A stretch of 64,000 bases of DNA. Source: an uncultured bacterium (GTDB taxonomy: Bacteria; Babelota; Babeliae; Babelales; JACPOV01). Positions 9,697-20,054 of the stretch are shown in pieces. Location of the stretch: positions 128,001 to 192,000 of the forward strand of contig CAVUUR010000006.1 of assembly GCA_963744715.1 (NCBI GenBank). Reading direction: 5' to 3'. How positions within the stretch are numbered: position 1 is the first letter of the stretch; each line of letters opens with the position of its first letter. A program made the position numbers and the translations under genes. Under the pieces are notes generated by a model. That model ran no database searches. It saw nothing but the letters and a program-made list of their open reading frames with translations, and was not told the origin of the DNA.

Positions 9697-10707
9697 ATGA
9701 AAAGTTACACACTATCATCCAAGTCACTCCACTCTATGCTCGTGACACAAATCTTACTGATGAACTGGCAATGTTTGATTGGCAACCCAAACGATCCTAC
9801 TAAAGAATCGAATAATGAAATCGCTATCGATAATTTCAGAAAGGCGGTTGAGGATATTGTATCAAACCGTAGTTATGTTCATGCAGGATCCGCTGGGGGA
9901 AAAATTACAAAAATTATAAACGACCTTAACGACAAAAATATTGTTGGCATGGTTCGCTTTAATAAAAATCAAACATTACTCCATGTAGCTGGGCAACTAA
10001 GATCAGCATGTTTAATTAAATTATTGATTAAACGATATAAATTTAACCCTCTCATTGAAGATGGCGATGGAAATAAGCCAAGCAATTACCTTGTTGTATC
10101 AGATGACTCACTTTTAAAAGGGGAACAAGCTCGAAAATATTTAGCATTTAGCGAAACAATGCAAAAGTACAAAGATAATGCTTCCGCCGTAAATGCTTTA
10201 GTGAGCTTGAGTCAAAATAAAACCGCCAGGAAAGCTCGAAACATTACATTAGAGGATAACAATGCAATTGACCCGAACGTAACACAAAAATCTGATCACC
10301 CGACGACATTTGTAGAAAAGATTATCAGCGCATGCCGATCCATAGATGACCCGCAAGAACGTCTTATATACTGCATTAACATTTTAAAACCAGGCGATGC
10401 AAAATATACCAAAAATGGCTGGTTTATCAAAACAATCATGTGCTTTGATGGATGCTTTAAGTTAAATAAGGAATTTATTGAATCAACCATCGTGGACGAT
10501 AAAAATCAATATACCCTCATTGATATAGCGGTACGCTATGGACAATTAAAATTACTAAAATATCTTATAAATGAGAAAAAAATTGCGCTTGATACTACCA
10601 AGTTACATCAATTAGCCAGAGCAAATAATCGTACAACGACGCTACAATATCTGGAAACTCTGGACAGCACCTTAAAAGACGTTACGAGAAAAAGAAAACG
10701 GATATAA
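9697..10707 (+). CDS. ankyrin repeat protein
   Basis: QTLLHVA, DGDGNKP, TLIDIAVRYGQLKLLKYLI; C-terminal RKRKRI. Confidence 0.75.
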   Translation: MKSYTLSSKSLHSMLVTQILLMNWQCLIGNPNDPTKESNNEIAIDNFRKAVEDIVSNRSYVHAGSAGGKITKIINDLNDKNIVGMVRFNKNQTLLHVAGQLRSACLIKLLIKRYKFNPLIEDGDGNKPSNYLVVSDDSLLKGEQARKYLAFSETMQKYKDNASAVNALVSLSQNKTARKARNITLEDNNAIDPNVTQKSDHPTTFVEKIISACRSIDDPQERLIYCINILKPGDAKYTKNGWFIKTIMCFDGCFKLNKEFIESTIVDDKNQYTLIDIAVRYGQLKLLKYLINEKKIALDTTKLHQLARANNRTTTLQYLETLDSTLKDVTRKRKRI

Positions 10708-10749
10708 TAAATACTCATGGTATTGAACGTGATGCTATGAAATTTTAAC

Positions 10750-11466
10750 ATGAAAAAAATAGGCCAGAAAAATATTACTTTAGACAACGAATTAATCATG
10801 ACAACTGTATTTCTCCAATTGGAAAAACTTCTCTTACCCCTAAGCAATAAAGAGCTTGCTGCCGTACAACGTAAATACCTCAAAAACAACTTTGATTTTA
10901 TCGGTATACAAAAACCAGTTCTGCTCAAAGTACAACAAGATCTGCTCAAACAATTTCCCATTAAACATGAAGAGGAATTAATAGAAGTCGTAACGCAGTT
11001 GTGGCAAAAACATGAACGTGAATATCATTATCTTGCTTGTAATATTGCTCAAAAATTTCACCGGTTATGGACACCAAATATGTTTCCATTATTTGAAACG
11101 ATGATTCGAACAAAATCATGGTGGGATACGGTAGATACTATTGCAGCAAATTTAATCGGGCCACTCGTTGCCCGCTATCCATTATTAAAATCCACCTTGG
11201 ATTTTTGGATACGTGATGAATATATGTGGGCACGAAGAACTGCGTTGATCTATCAGTTACGATACAAAAAAAATACTGATTACAAAAGATTGTTTATGTA
11301 TTGCTCAGCAACCATGCATGAGAAAGAATTTTTTATACGAAAAGCTATAGGATGGGCGTTACGAGAATACTCAAAAACTAATCCCGCGCATGTCGCTACC
11401 TTTATAGAAACCAATAAAAATAATCTTTCTTACTTGAGCATCAAAGAAGGTAGTAAGTATATTTAA
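10750..11466 (+). CDS. DNA alkylation repair protein (AlkD-like)
   Basis: WWDTVD, W.RR.A and EFFIRKAIGWALREYSKTNP motifs; start may be Met at 10798. Confidence 0.9.
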   Translation: MKKIGQKNITLDNELIMTTVFLQLEKLLLPLSNKELAAVQRKYLKNNFDFIGIQKPVLLKVQQDLLKQFPIKHEEELIEVVTQLWQKHEREYHYLACNIAQKFHRLWTPNMFPLFETMIRTKSWWDTVDTIAANLIGPLVARYPLLKSTLDFWIRDEYMWARRTALIYQLRYKKNTDYKRLFMYCSATMHEKEFFIRKAIGWALREYSKTNPAHVATFIETNKNNLSYLSIKEGSKYI

Positions 11467-11576
11467 AGCACCCAATCATCCCTATTTTTCTCGACCTATT
11501 TTTGCTAAATTTGATTTATTATCTATACTAGGAATCATGTGCGTGTAACTAAAGTATTTAATACAAAGGGATTTTT

Positions 11577-12119
11577 ATGAAAAAACAAATGTTATTGTTG
11601 TCTCTGGCAACAACGTTAATAATGTATGCAGAAGAAAGTTCGACTCCTGCAGAACCAAATGATATACCGGCAATCATTCAAGAAATTCAAAAAGTAGATG
11701 AACAATTTTCACAGTTGCCAGAAACATCAAAAATAAGAAATGCTTGTAGCTTCACCAATAAGAAAAATACATATTGTGATAAAATAAGAACATTCCTTTA
11801 TTGCGCTAAAAATTATCTTCCAAAAGAACACGTTCAAAAAACATGTCAAAATTCAAAACATAATGCTGAACAACGTCGCCTAATAGCAATTGATGCACAA
11901 TGTTCATCCGATTGTTGGAATAAGAGTTTTCTTGATCATCCGTACAGGTATTTTCAACTTTATTCTAGGCTTTTATGTGAACAACTCGATCTTTCTCCGG
12001 AAGAATCTACACAAGAAATGGCAGACTTATTACATGTTTTAGAAACATTACAAGAACAATGCCATGCACAATACAAAGAATCTAAGAATCAAGAAAAAGA
12101 TGCTCCTGATTTTTTTTAA
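11577..12119 (+). CDS. secreted hypothetical protein
   Basis: Signal peptide, RBS, downstream terminator. Confidence 0.65.
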   Translation: MKKQMLLLSLATTLIMYAEESSTPAEPNDIPAIIQEIQKVDEQFSQLPETSKIRNACSFTNKKNTYCDKIRTFLYCAKNYLPKEHVQKTCQNSKHNAEQRRLIAIDAQCSSDCWNKSFLDHPYRYFQLYSRLLCEQLDLSPEESTQEMADLLHVLETLQEQCHAQYKESKNQEKDAPDFF

Positions 12120-12135
12120 TGTAACTATGTAGAAC

Positions 12136-12170
12136 AAAAAAAAGAGGATCGTAATTGCGATCCTCTTTTT
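12136..12170 (+). terminator. Rho-independent terminator
   Basis: A-tract, gaggatcg-taattg-cgatcctc, T-tract. Confidence 0.85.
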
Positions 12171-12251
12171 ACTTTAATTGAAATCTTATCTAAGTTTTAA
12201 TAAACTTGAAAAAATATAAACTTTTTTCGGAAACTACCATAGGATGTACTA

Positions 12252-12920
12252 ATGAATAAATTTCATAGAACCAGTATATTTGTACTTATCACTAATCTGT
12301 TGATGCTATCCGGTTGCAACAACAAACAGTCTGAAACCGATCAACCTAACAATAATGAAAAAGCAGTCATGAAAAAACCTACTATCCATATTATTCTTGG
12401 TAGCACACGGCAAGGTCGAACCTCCGACAAAATAGGAACCGCCATCAAAAACATGGCTGATAAAAGAACTGACATCATTACTGAAATTATTGATTTAAAA
12501 GATTATAATCTTCCTTTTTTTAATGACGAGGTTGCTCCTGCTTCACGAGAAACCATTGGCGATCCATTAATAAAAAAATGGTCTGATACAATAAAAAGAG
12601 CCGATGCATTCATTATAGTAACACCAGAATATAATTCCGGTTATCCAGGCGTATTAAAAAATGCATTAGATAGTTTGTATAAAGAATGGAATAATAAACC
12701 GGTAACCTTTGTAGGATATTCGGGTGGGCCATCCGGCGGCAGTTCAGCTATCGCACAGTTACAACAAGTTGCACGTGCATTAAAAATGACACCGGTTTCT
12801 GCTACGATCACTATTCCAAGTGCATGGAAAGCTTTTGATCAAAAAGGGAATTTAACCGCTAAAAATATCGAACAAGAATTAAATACGAGCATCGATCAAC
12901 TAATTAATGCTAAAAAATAA
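12252..12920 (+). CDS. NADPH-dependent FMN reductase with N-terminal lipoprotein signal
   Basis: GSTRQGR and TPEYNSGYPGVLKNALD motifs; LSGC lipobox. Confidence 0.9.
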   Translation: MNKFHRTSIFVLITNLLMLSGCNNKQSETDQPNNNEKAVMKKPTIHIILGSTRQGRTSDKIGTAIKNMADKRTDIITEIIDLKDYNLPFFNDEVAPASRETIGDPLIKKWSDTIKRADAFIIVTPEYNSGYPGVLKNALDSLYKEWNNKPVTFVGYSGGPSGGSSAIAQLQQVARALKMTPVSATITIPSAWKAFDQKGNLTAKNIEQELNTSIDQLINAKK

Positions 12921-13431
12921 CTCATGTTCACCAATTCATCTAGATCTTCTTGTAGCGCAACAATATTATGAATCATGTGGATTGTTATGCACCAATATAA
13001 TTCAAGAAAAAGAAAGTACTGAGTATGGTGCCTGTACCTTTGAAATTAATAATCGACACATTGCCTTTAGAGTAGCAAAAATAACCCCAACAAAAGTTGG
13101 ACAGTTTGTTACGCTTTGGAAACGACTCGACACCGGAATTATTGCGCCATATGATACCGCAGACCCAGTAGATTTAGTTATTATAAGCGTTCGGAAAGAA
13201 GATCGTTTGGGTCAATTTGTTTTTCCCAAAACTGTTTTGCACAAAAAAGATATTTTTTCACACAAAGGCACGGGAGGCAAACGAGCTTTGCGCGTCTACC
13301 CTCCTTGGGATATAGCAAACAGTAATCAGGCCAAGGATACTCAAGCATGGCAATTGCACTACTTTTTTGAAATTACTATAACTGCGGTTGCTAAAAGTAA
13401 TAGTATTCATTCATTACTTTTAGCGCACTAA
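12907..13431 (+). CDS. MepB family protein
   Basis: ES.EYGA, FRVAKITPTKVGQFVTLWKR and GKRALRVYPPWD. Confidence 0.9.
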   Translation: MLKNNSCSPIHLDLLVAQQYYESCGLLCTNIIQEKESTEYGACTFEINNRHIAFRVAKITPTKVGQFVTLWKRLDTGIIAPYDTADPVDLVIISVRKEDRLGQFVFPKTVLHKKDIFSHKGTGGKRALRVYPPWDIANSNQAKDTQAWQLHYFFEITITAVAKSNSIHSLLLAH

Positions 13432-13448
13432 AAAATTATAGGCTATCT

Positions 13449-14294
13449 ATGTATGTAAAACAAAATATACCCGATATACTAACATCTCTTTCTGCTCGAT
13501 GGCATTTAACTAATATAAGACCATTAGTGCCAGTTCAATGTAACAATAATTATGTTGCGGTTGCCTATAGCGCACAGTACAAAACCGATGTTGTAGTAAA
13601 AATTTTAATAGCCAATACTCGTGAACCGGAAGCATTAAAACTTTTTAATGGAAATGGTTGTGTAACATTACTGGATTATGATCCGGATACACGAGGACTT
13701 TTATTGGAGTATATAAAACCAGGAACAACTCTTAGAACGCTGTTTCCCGAACATGATTCTCAAGCCATTAGCATTGCTGCACAACTCGTACAAAAATTAC
13801 ACACAAAAAATCTTATGGCACACGCGCATAGTTTTCCAACCATTAATCAATGGCTCGATGTATTACATACCACTAAGAGTAAAAAAATTCCTGCGCATCT
13901 TTTAACAAAAGCTCAACAATTATCTGCAACATTATTGGCTTTAAAACAAAAATTGTATCTATTGCACGGGGATTTACATCATGAAAATATTTTACAACGT
14001 GGTCAAGAATGGATTGCCATTGACCCTAAAGGTGTCATTGGGCCGTTAGAATATGAAGTTGGTAGATTTATTATGAATCCTATTCCGGATTTACTTGAAC
14101 AATCTAATGTAGCGGCAATAATCAACAACAGAATTGCCACGTTCAGTAACATTTTCGGCTTTGAACAACACCGTTTACGTGATTGGACATTCGTACAAGC
14201 TGTTTTAAGTGCATGCTGGACGGAACAAGGTGGAAGTGAAGATTTTTTTAACTATTTCATCAGATGCGCAAACACCCTAGAAAACTTATCTTAG
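13449..14294 (+). CDS. APH(6)-like aminoglycoside/hydroxyurea phosphotransferase
   Basis: LLLE.I.PG, LLHGDLHHENIL and WIAIDPKG. Confidence 0.85.
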   Translation: MYVKQNIPDILTSLSARWHLTNIRPLVPVQCNNNYVAVAYSAQYKTDVVVKILIANTREPEALKLFNGNGCVTLLDYDPDTRGLLLEYIKPGTTLRTLFPEHDSQAISIAAQLVQKLHTKNLMAHAHSFPTINQWLDVLHTTKSKKIPAHLLTKAQQLSATLLALKQKLYLLHGDLHHENILQRGQEWIAIDPKGVIGPLEYEVGRFIMNPIPDLLEQSNVAAIINNRIATFSNIFGFEQHRLRDWTFVQAVLSACWTEQGGSEDFFNYFIRCANTLENLS

Positions 14295-14321
14295 TATATT
14301 AAATGACCCTTCAAAAAAATA

Positions 14322-14978
14322 TTATATTACTTGACCAAGAAGACTCTTAACAAACACAGTAATTCTATTCTGTTCACGGTAATTGTTATGAAAAATATAT
14401 TTATGTATAATTTCAGCAACCCTATCAACACTATTTAATACAATCGTATCATCCGCTACAGGCTGTATTGCTATTAGTCCTGTGTCAGCTAATGCCATAA
14501 AAAAATCTTTATCCTGATGCGTATCAAATTGTTCTTGCGTCAAAATTGGCTTTTCATCGTTAACCCAATAAAGAATACGTCCACTATGATCATCCAAATT
14601 TTTGATAGAAGACAAAATAGTACACTCATCGACAGTGAGATTCTTATGAAGCATAATTTTTTCTATTGCTTCTTCGTAGTGAATGATGAACATGCGGTCA
14701 TACAAGGTTCTTGTTCGATCAACTAGCCAATGCATGCCTTTGCCTTCATTAAAAGCATAGTCAAGCCCAATTATCATAGCAGCGGTCGTTGCTACAGCAA
14801 TCCCCTTGGCAAGCAATGGATGTCTGCGCATAAAATGTTTCATGCGAAAAGAAATATCTTTTTCATGATAATCTTGTACTATCTTTTCTCTCAATAACAT
14901 ATCTTCTATGGAAGATGAATCAGATGCTACTGTTACATTGGCCACAATAAGCCACACACTGAGAAATAATTTTTTCAT
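14322..14978 (-). CDS. hypothetical protein with signal peptide and one TM helix
   Basis: ORF track; hydrophobic segments. Confidence 0.6.
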   Translation of the reverse strand: MKKLFLSVWLIVANVTVASDSSSIEDMLLREKIVQDYHEKDISFRMKHFMRRHPLLAKGIAVATTAAMIIGLDYAFNEGKGMHWLVDRTRTLYDRMFIIHYEEAIEKIMLHKNLTVDECTILSSIKNLDDHSGRILYWVNDEKPILTQEQFDTHQDKDFFMALADTGLIAIQPVADDTIVLNSVDRVAEIIHKYIFHNNYREQNRITVFVKSLLGQVI

Positions 14979-15170
14979 GATAAGGTTAACCCACTAATTA
15001 TATATACAAAAAGAGTAATATTATTTAAGAGTATAGCAATAACGATTTATTGTAAAATAAAAAAGTTTACTAACACAACACATTCTCTCTCATAATAATA
15101 AAAAATAGTTACTATTTTTTTAAAGCTTTATTAGAAAATTTTTGCATTAAAGGTTAAAGACCTTGTGAAA

Positions 15171-16751
15171 TTAATGGGACCGTGCCTTTTTTGTTTTGTT
15201 GTAATGCATTGCACTAAGAACGAATACATCATTGTCTCGATCTTCAGCTTGCTCAATACTTGTTTTATCGTTAAAATTTTTGATATCAGTTCTTGCTCCA
15301 TGGGCAAGCAGCAAGTCGATAATTTTAGGTATTGCATATTGTTCTGCATAATGCAAAGGGGTGTTCAAATCAAGATCTTGAATATTTACTCGGGCGTTAT
15401 GTTGTAACAAAAAATCCGTCGTTTCAACTAAATTTTTTTCTACCGCATAATAGAGCAATGTTTTTCTTACTTCATCACGCACATTAATAAAGTCAATAAA
15501 GGTTTTGGATGCCTTTGCATAAAAATTTACTAATTCCTCTTTTATTTTTTGATCTTCATCGATGCGTTCAGAACGTGAAAAGCCAAGATCCTCAAGAGTA
15601 GTAAACAACGTAATAAATTCATTCCATAGCTCATCGCTAGCAAGATTGATAATCGGCCGGCCGCGTGATTTAAATCGTCTGAACGTTTTGGATGGATCTT
15701 CTGCTAAATATGTCCATGTTCTTGCTATCAGTATTGGGTACAATGCTATTCCTCGGCCTTGTATATTAAAAACAACCGAATCATTTGCAGTACCAAGACT
15801 AACTAGTTCTTTTCCTGCAAATTGATTCACTAAAATTTTTTTTACGTTAGCGCAATGAGTGCCTCCTGCATAAACAATGGTGTGATTAGAGGGGGATGCG
15901 AATAATTTAATGAGAAACTCCATGTCAGCAACTTTTTCCATAAATTCCCACAACAGTGTATCCAATTCAGTTTGTCTACATTCCGTTCTGATAATGTCTC
16001 TAAATTCACGCAAGGTCATAGACCGAGACCGATCACGATCTATTATTTCATCTACATACCTATAGAATGGCATTATTGTTCCCTGCATACACATATTCCA
16101 TAATCTACGTAATGCCCCATAATACTGTTTAAACCCATTTTTTTTAACGTTCTCAAGGTCCTGTTCCGCCTTAGAGGTTTTAGGATCGGCTAATTGAGCT
16201 ATAATAGCAAGGTAACGTTGCGCTGAAATATCCAATATTTTATCAGGAAGCACTACTCCCCTCATTAACATTAAGTGTGTCAAATCGATATTAGGAGCAC
16301 CATTGCGATAAGTATCTCCATTATTATATACTACCGATGCATGGTTACTTGGGGCAAATTCTTTTTTTAATCTAAGGCTATATACAAGCCAATTAAATGA
16401 AACCGGATCACTCAGAAGATTAGAATCTGACCGGCCAACCGGTTCCTCCCATAATAGTTCTATAGGATTTTTTTGTGCAGCTAATTTTCGTAACGTGATT
16501 AATAACGTTCTTTCTGATGTAGTAAAAGCACTTTGCTCATCAACGGCAAGATATCGCTTCCGTTTTCTTGATGGTTTTTTAACGAATTCATGTACGGGAA
16601 CATGCCAATCCGATATAAGATCTACTGTTTTGATGATAGTATTACCATCGGCAATAACAATTCGTTCATAGTTAAAAGGAAGCCCATTAATTATAGTATT
16701 GATGGGAGCTACTATTAAAAGTACGATGAACCATTTATTGAACATGATCAA
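15171..16751 (-). CDS. secreted ankyrin repeat protein with basic NLS-like motif
   Basis: Signal peptide; KKPSRKRKR; C-terminal KTLLYYAV and NTPLHYA ankyrin repeats. Confidence 0.85.
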   Translation of the reverse strand: MIMFNKWFIVLLIVAPINTIINGLPFNYERIVIADGNTIIKTVDLISDWHVPVHEFVKKPSRKRKRYLAVDEQSAFTTSERTLLITLRKLAAQKNPIELLWEEPVGRSDSNLLSDPVSFNWLVYSLRLKKEFAPSNHASVVYNNGDTYRNGAPNIDLTHLMLMRGVVLPDKILDISAQRYLAIIAQLADPKTSKAEQDLENVKKNGFKQYYGALRRLWNMCMQGTIMPFYRYVDEIIDRDRSRSMTLREFRDIIRTECRQTELDTLLWEFMEKVADMEFLIKLFASPSNHTIVYAGGTHCANVKKILVNQFAGKELVSLGTANDSVVFNIQGRGIALYPILIARTWTYLAEDPSKTFRRFKSRGRPIINLASDELWNEFITLFTTLEDLGFSRSERIDEDQKIKEELVNFYAKASKTFIDFINVRDEVRKTLLYYAVEKNLVETTDFLLQHNARVNIQDLDLNTPLHYAEQYAIPKIIDLLLAHGARTDIKNFNDKTSIEQAEDRDNDVFVLSAMHYNKTKKARSH

Positions 16752-16816
16752 ATCCTTTTTTTACTCTTTTTTGATAGGAAAAATAATTTTTTTTCTAATC
16801 AAGCCCCAAAAATTTA

Positions 16817-18377
16817 TTATCTTTTTTTTGTTTTTTTATAACGCTTCACACTAAGAAGAAATACATCGTTACCCTTTTCTTCAGCCTGCTCAATACTCGT
16901 TTCATCTTCCAAATTCTCTATGTCAGTTCTTGCTCCATGAGCAAGAAGCAACTCGATAATTTTAGGTATTGAGTGTTGTTCGGCATAATGCAAGGGTGTA
17001 TTCAAATCAAGATCTTGAATATTTACTCGGGCGTTATGTTGTAACAAAAACTCCGTCGTTTCAACTAAATTTTTTTCTACGGCATAGTAAAGTAAGGTTT
17101 TCCTGAATTCATCACGCACATTAATAAAGTCAATAAAAGTCTTGGACCCTTTTGCATAAAAATTCACTAATTGTTTTTTTATTTTTTGATCTTCAGCTAA
17201 GCGCTCGTACAACGCCGATGGTAGGGCGACGAGAGCATCACGCAATGCAATAAATTCATTCCATAGCTCATCGCTAGCAAGATTAATGATCGGTCGGCCA
17301 CGTGATTTAAAACGTCTGAATGTTTTATATGGATCTTCCGCTAAATATCCCCACGTTCTTGCTATCAAGGCGGGAGAAAATTCTATTCCTTGTCCTTTTA
17401 CATCAAAGCAAACAGAATCGGTTGTAGTACCAAGACTAATAATCGCTTGACCTCCAAATTGATCCACTAAAAAATTTTTCACAGCGGTACAATGGGTACC
17501 TCCTGCACAAATAATAGTATGATTGTACGGTGATGCAAATAATTTAACGAGCAACTCCAGATCAGTAACTTTTTCCATAAATTTCCATAGCAATGCTTCC
17601 AATTCGGCTTGTCTATATTCCATCCTGATAATGGTTCTAAATTCACGCAGGGTCATAGCTGGATCATGATTTATTATATCATTTACATACCTATACAATG
17701 GCATTATTTTCATGCATACAGGTATCCCATAATGCATGCAATGCCCCATAATACTGTTTAAACTCATATTTTTTAACATTCTCAAAATCTTGTTCAGCTT
17801 TAGAGATCTTGGGATTGAGTAATTCAACGATGATGGCAAGGTAATTCGTAGCCGGAATATTTAATATCCGATCAGAAAGAGCTTTGCCAGGAAATGGCAC
17901 CAAGTGCGGCAAATAAATATCCGATCCATAATGACGATACGTATCCCCATTATTATATACTATTGATGTGAGCTTGGTTACATCAAATTCATTTTTTAAC
18001 TTAAGGCCATACGCAAGCCAATTAAATGAAACCAGATCGCTCGGAACATCAGAAGCTTCCCAGCCAACTGGCTCTTCCCATAATAGTTCTATAGGATTTT
18101 TTTGCTCAGCAAGTTTTCTTAACGTAATTAATAACGTTCTTTCTGATGTAGTAAAAGCACTTTGCTCATCAACGGCAAGATATCGCTTCCGTTTTCTTGA
18201 TGCTTTTCTAACGAATTCATGTATAGGCTCATGAAAATCCGAAATAAGATCTATAATTTTAACAATAGTATTGCCTTCGATAATGATAATTCGGCGATAT
18301 TGATAAGGTAATGCATTAATTATAGTATTGATGGGAGCCACTATTAAAAGTACGATGAGCCATTTGTTAATATTCAT
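16817..18377 (-). pseudogene. tandem paralog of 15171-16751, split by one frameshift near 17708
   Basis: ORFs 17691-18377 and 16817-17839 align end to end with the paralog (CMHE/IMPLYRYV versus CMQGTIMPFYRYV). Confidence 0.8.
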
Positions 18378-18511
18378 TACTAATCCCTTTTTTTTACTTC
18401 ACCATAGTAGTGTATCAAAAAAATTCAATTTGAAACAACATATCTACGGTTGAACTAAGAAAAGGTTGTAAAATGCAATAAAAAATCGTCTTAGATAATG
18501 CAGACTTTTTT

Positions 18512-19807
18512 TTAACGCAATCGTTTAGTTGATATGTATATAATGGATACCATGCCAAGAATATAACAATAATAGACATGCGGCATAATATGTAATGGCG
18601 AAACCCCCGCAATGGTACTTGCTAGCAAAACTTGCGCACCGTAAGGAATAATCCCTTGAAAAACACATGAAAAAATATCAAGCCATGCAGCACTGTAGTG
18701 GGGAGGAATATGATAACGTTTTGCAATATCACGCGCAATTTCTCCACTAAAAATAATTGCTACGGTATTATTTGCAAGCAGTATATCAAATCCTGAAACA
18801 ATCGCTGCTATTATTAATTGTGCCGTCTTTTTACTGCCACCGGTTTTAGAAATCCATCTACTCAAACTCTGGGTGAGCTCTTGAGTACTTTTGCCGGCAA
18901 GGCCAGAAAGACCACCAACCATTAATGAAAGAACCATTATTTCATGCATGCTTGCAAAACCTTTAACGATATCATTACTAAAGGCAAATAAGGTGTATCC
19001 GTGATGCACATATCCTATAAACCATGCAAATACCAGCGACAACAATAAGGTAATAAAAACATTCACCCCTAGTAAGGCTAATGCCATAAGAACTATATAC
19101 GGTGTAACTAAAAGCAATGCGTAATCTTTAAACCCAAGTGCCACATTGGCATCTTGTACAAAAAACAAAACGGCAATGGTAATAATTGAGGCAATGCCGG
19201 CAACAAGCGCGTTGATGCGCAATTTTGCTTTCATATCTGCTTCTTGTGACATAACTGCAGCAATGGTTGTATCTGAAATAATTGATAAATTATCGCCAAA
19301 CATAGCACCACCAACAACGGTAGCTATGCCGTTAATTACCGAAAATGCACCCTGACTTGCAAGGCCTGCTGCAATAGGAGCAACCGTGGCAATGGTGCCC
19401 ATGGAGGTGCCTATTGAGATTGAAATAAATGCTGCCGTTAAAAAAATGCCAATTAATAAAAACTGTGGTGAAATACAGGATAACGCTACGTTTACGGTAG
19501 AGCTAACGCTGCCAATTGAAGTGGTAACGGAACTAAATGCGCCCGCCAATAAAAAAATGATACACATGGTAATAATATCGGGATGCCTAACCCCTTCCAG
19601 AAATCTATGTAATTTTTGGTCTTTGGTGCCGCCATCGAGGAGCCATCCTAATGCAATGGCCGGAATAATAGCAACCGTTGGAGAAAGTTGATAAAAGGCG
19701 TTATTAACTCCTAACAGAGAAAAATAAATACCGGTACCTACATAAATAACAACGAATAATAAAATCGGTAAAAAACTGATAAAAATCATAGAAATAATCT
19801 CATGCAA
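18512..19807 (-). CDS. NhaC family transporter (MetT-like, putative methionine/amino-acid permease)
   Basis: Multi-TM; GTSMGT, GGAMFGDNLSIISDTT and QGIIPYGAQ motifs. Confidence 0.85.
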   Translation of the reverse strand: MHEIISMIFISFLPILLFVVIYVGTGIYFSLLGVNNAFYQLSPTVAIIPAIALGWLLDGGTKDQKLHRFLEGVRHPDIITMCIIFLLAGAFSSVTTSIGSVSSTVNVALSCISPQFLLIGIFLTAAFISISIGTSMGTIATVAPIAAGLASQGAFSVINGIATVVGGAMFGDNLSIISDTTIAAVMSQEADMKAKLRINALVAGIASIITIAVLFFVQDANVALGFKDYALLLVTPYIVLMALALLGVNVFITLLLSLVFAWFIGYVHHGYTLFAFSNDIVKGFASMHEIMVLSLMVGGLSGLAGKSTQELTQSLSRWISKTGGSKKTAQLIIAAIVSGFDILLANNTVAIIFSGEIARDIAKRYHIPPHYSAAWLDIFSCVFQGIIPYGAQVLLASTIAGVSPLHIMPHVYYCYILGMVSIIYISTKRLR

Positions 19808-19869
19808 AAAAAGTGAAAACAGATAATTAAAAAGAATACTACTAAATATTTAGGGAATAATGAAAGAAC

Positions 19870-19905
19870 CGAGAATGGTGTGCCTGTTAGGCCAAAACAT
19901 TCTCG
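19870..19905 (-). promoter_or_regulatory. attenuator-like hairpin in the transporter leader
   Basis: CGAGAATG/CATTCTCG outer stem with inner GCCT-AAC-AGGC stem, followed by a pyrimidine-rich tract. Confidence 0.55.
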
Positions 19906-19976
19906 CATCGCATGAGATGTAATGTTTGCAAAGTTTTTTGAACGCGTTGCGCAGAGTTTTTTGTAGTATTAGCCAT
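19887..19976 (-). CDS. putative 29-aa leader peptide MANTTKNSAQRVQKTLQTLHLMRCENVLA
   Basis: Open ATG-TAA frame downstream of a TTGTTT-17-TATACT promoter; stop codon lies inside a hairpin. Confidence 0.45.
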   Translation of the reverse strand: MANTTKNSAQRVQKTLQTLHLMRCENVLA

Positions 19977-20054
19977 AGAATAATACCCTGAAATAGGTTA
20001 AAATATAGTTATAGTATATAAGTATTATTAAGAAAAAACAATGTAGCAGTACTA

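Noticed and set aside
17700..17715. Programmed frameshifting or phase variation at the interrupted genes
   Set aside because: Runs are short, and no consistent slippery heptamer or stimulatory structure is shared among the sites
19887..19915. Resemblance of RCENVLA to the plant CGS1 SAM-sensing arrest peptide
   Set aside because: Too short and gapped to distinguish from chance
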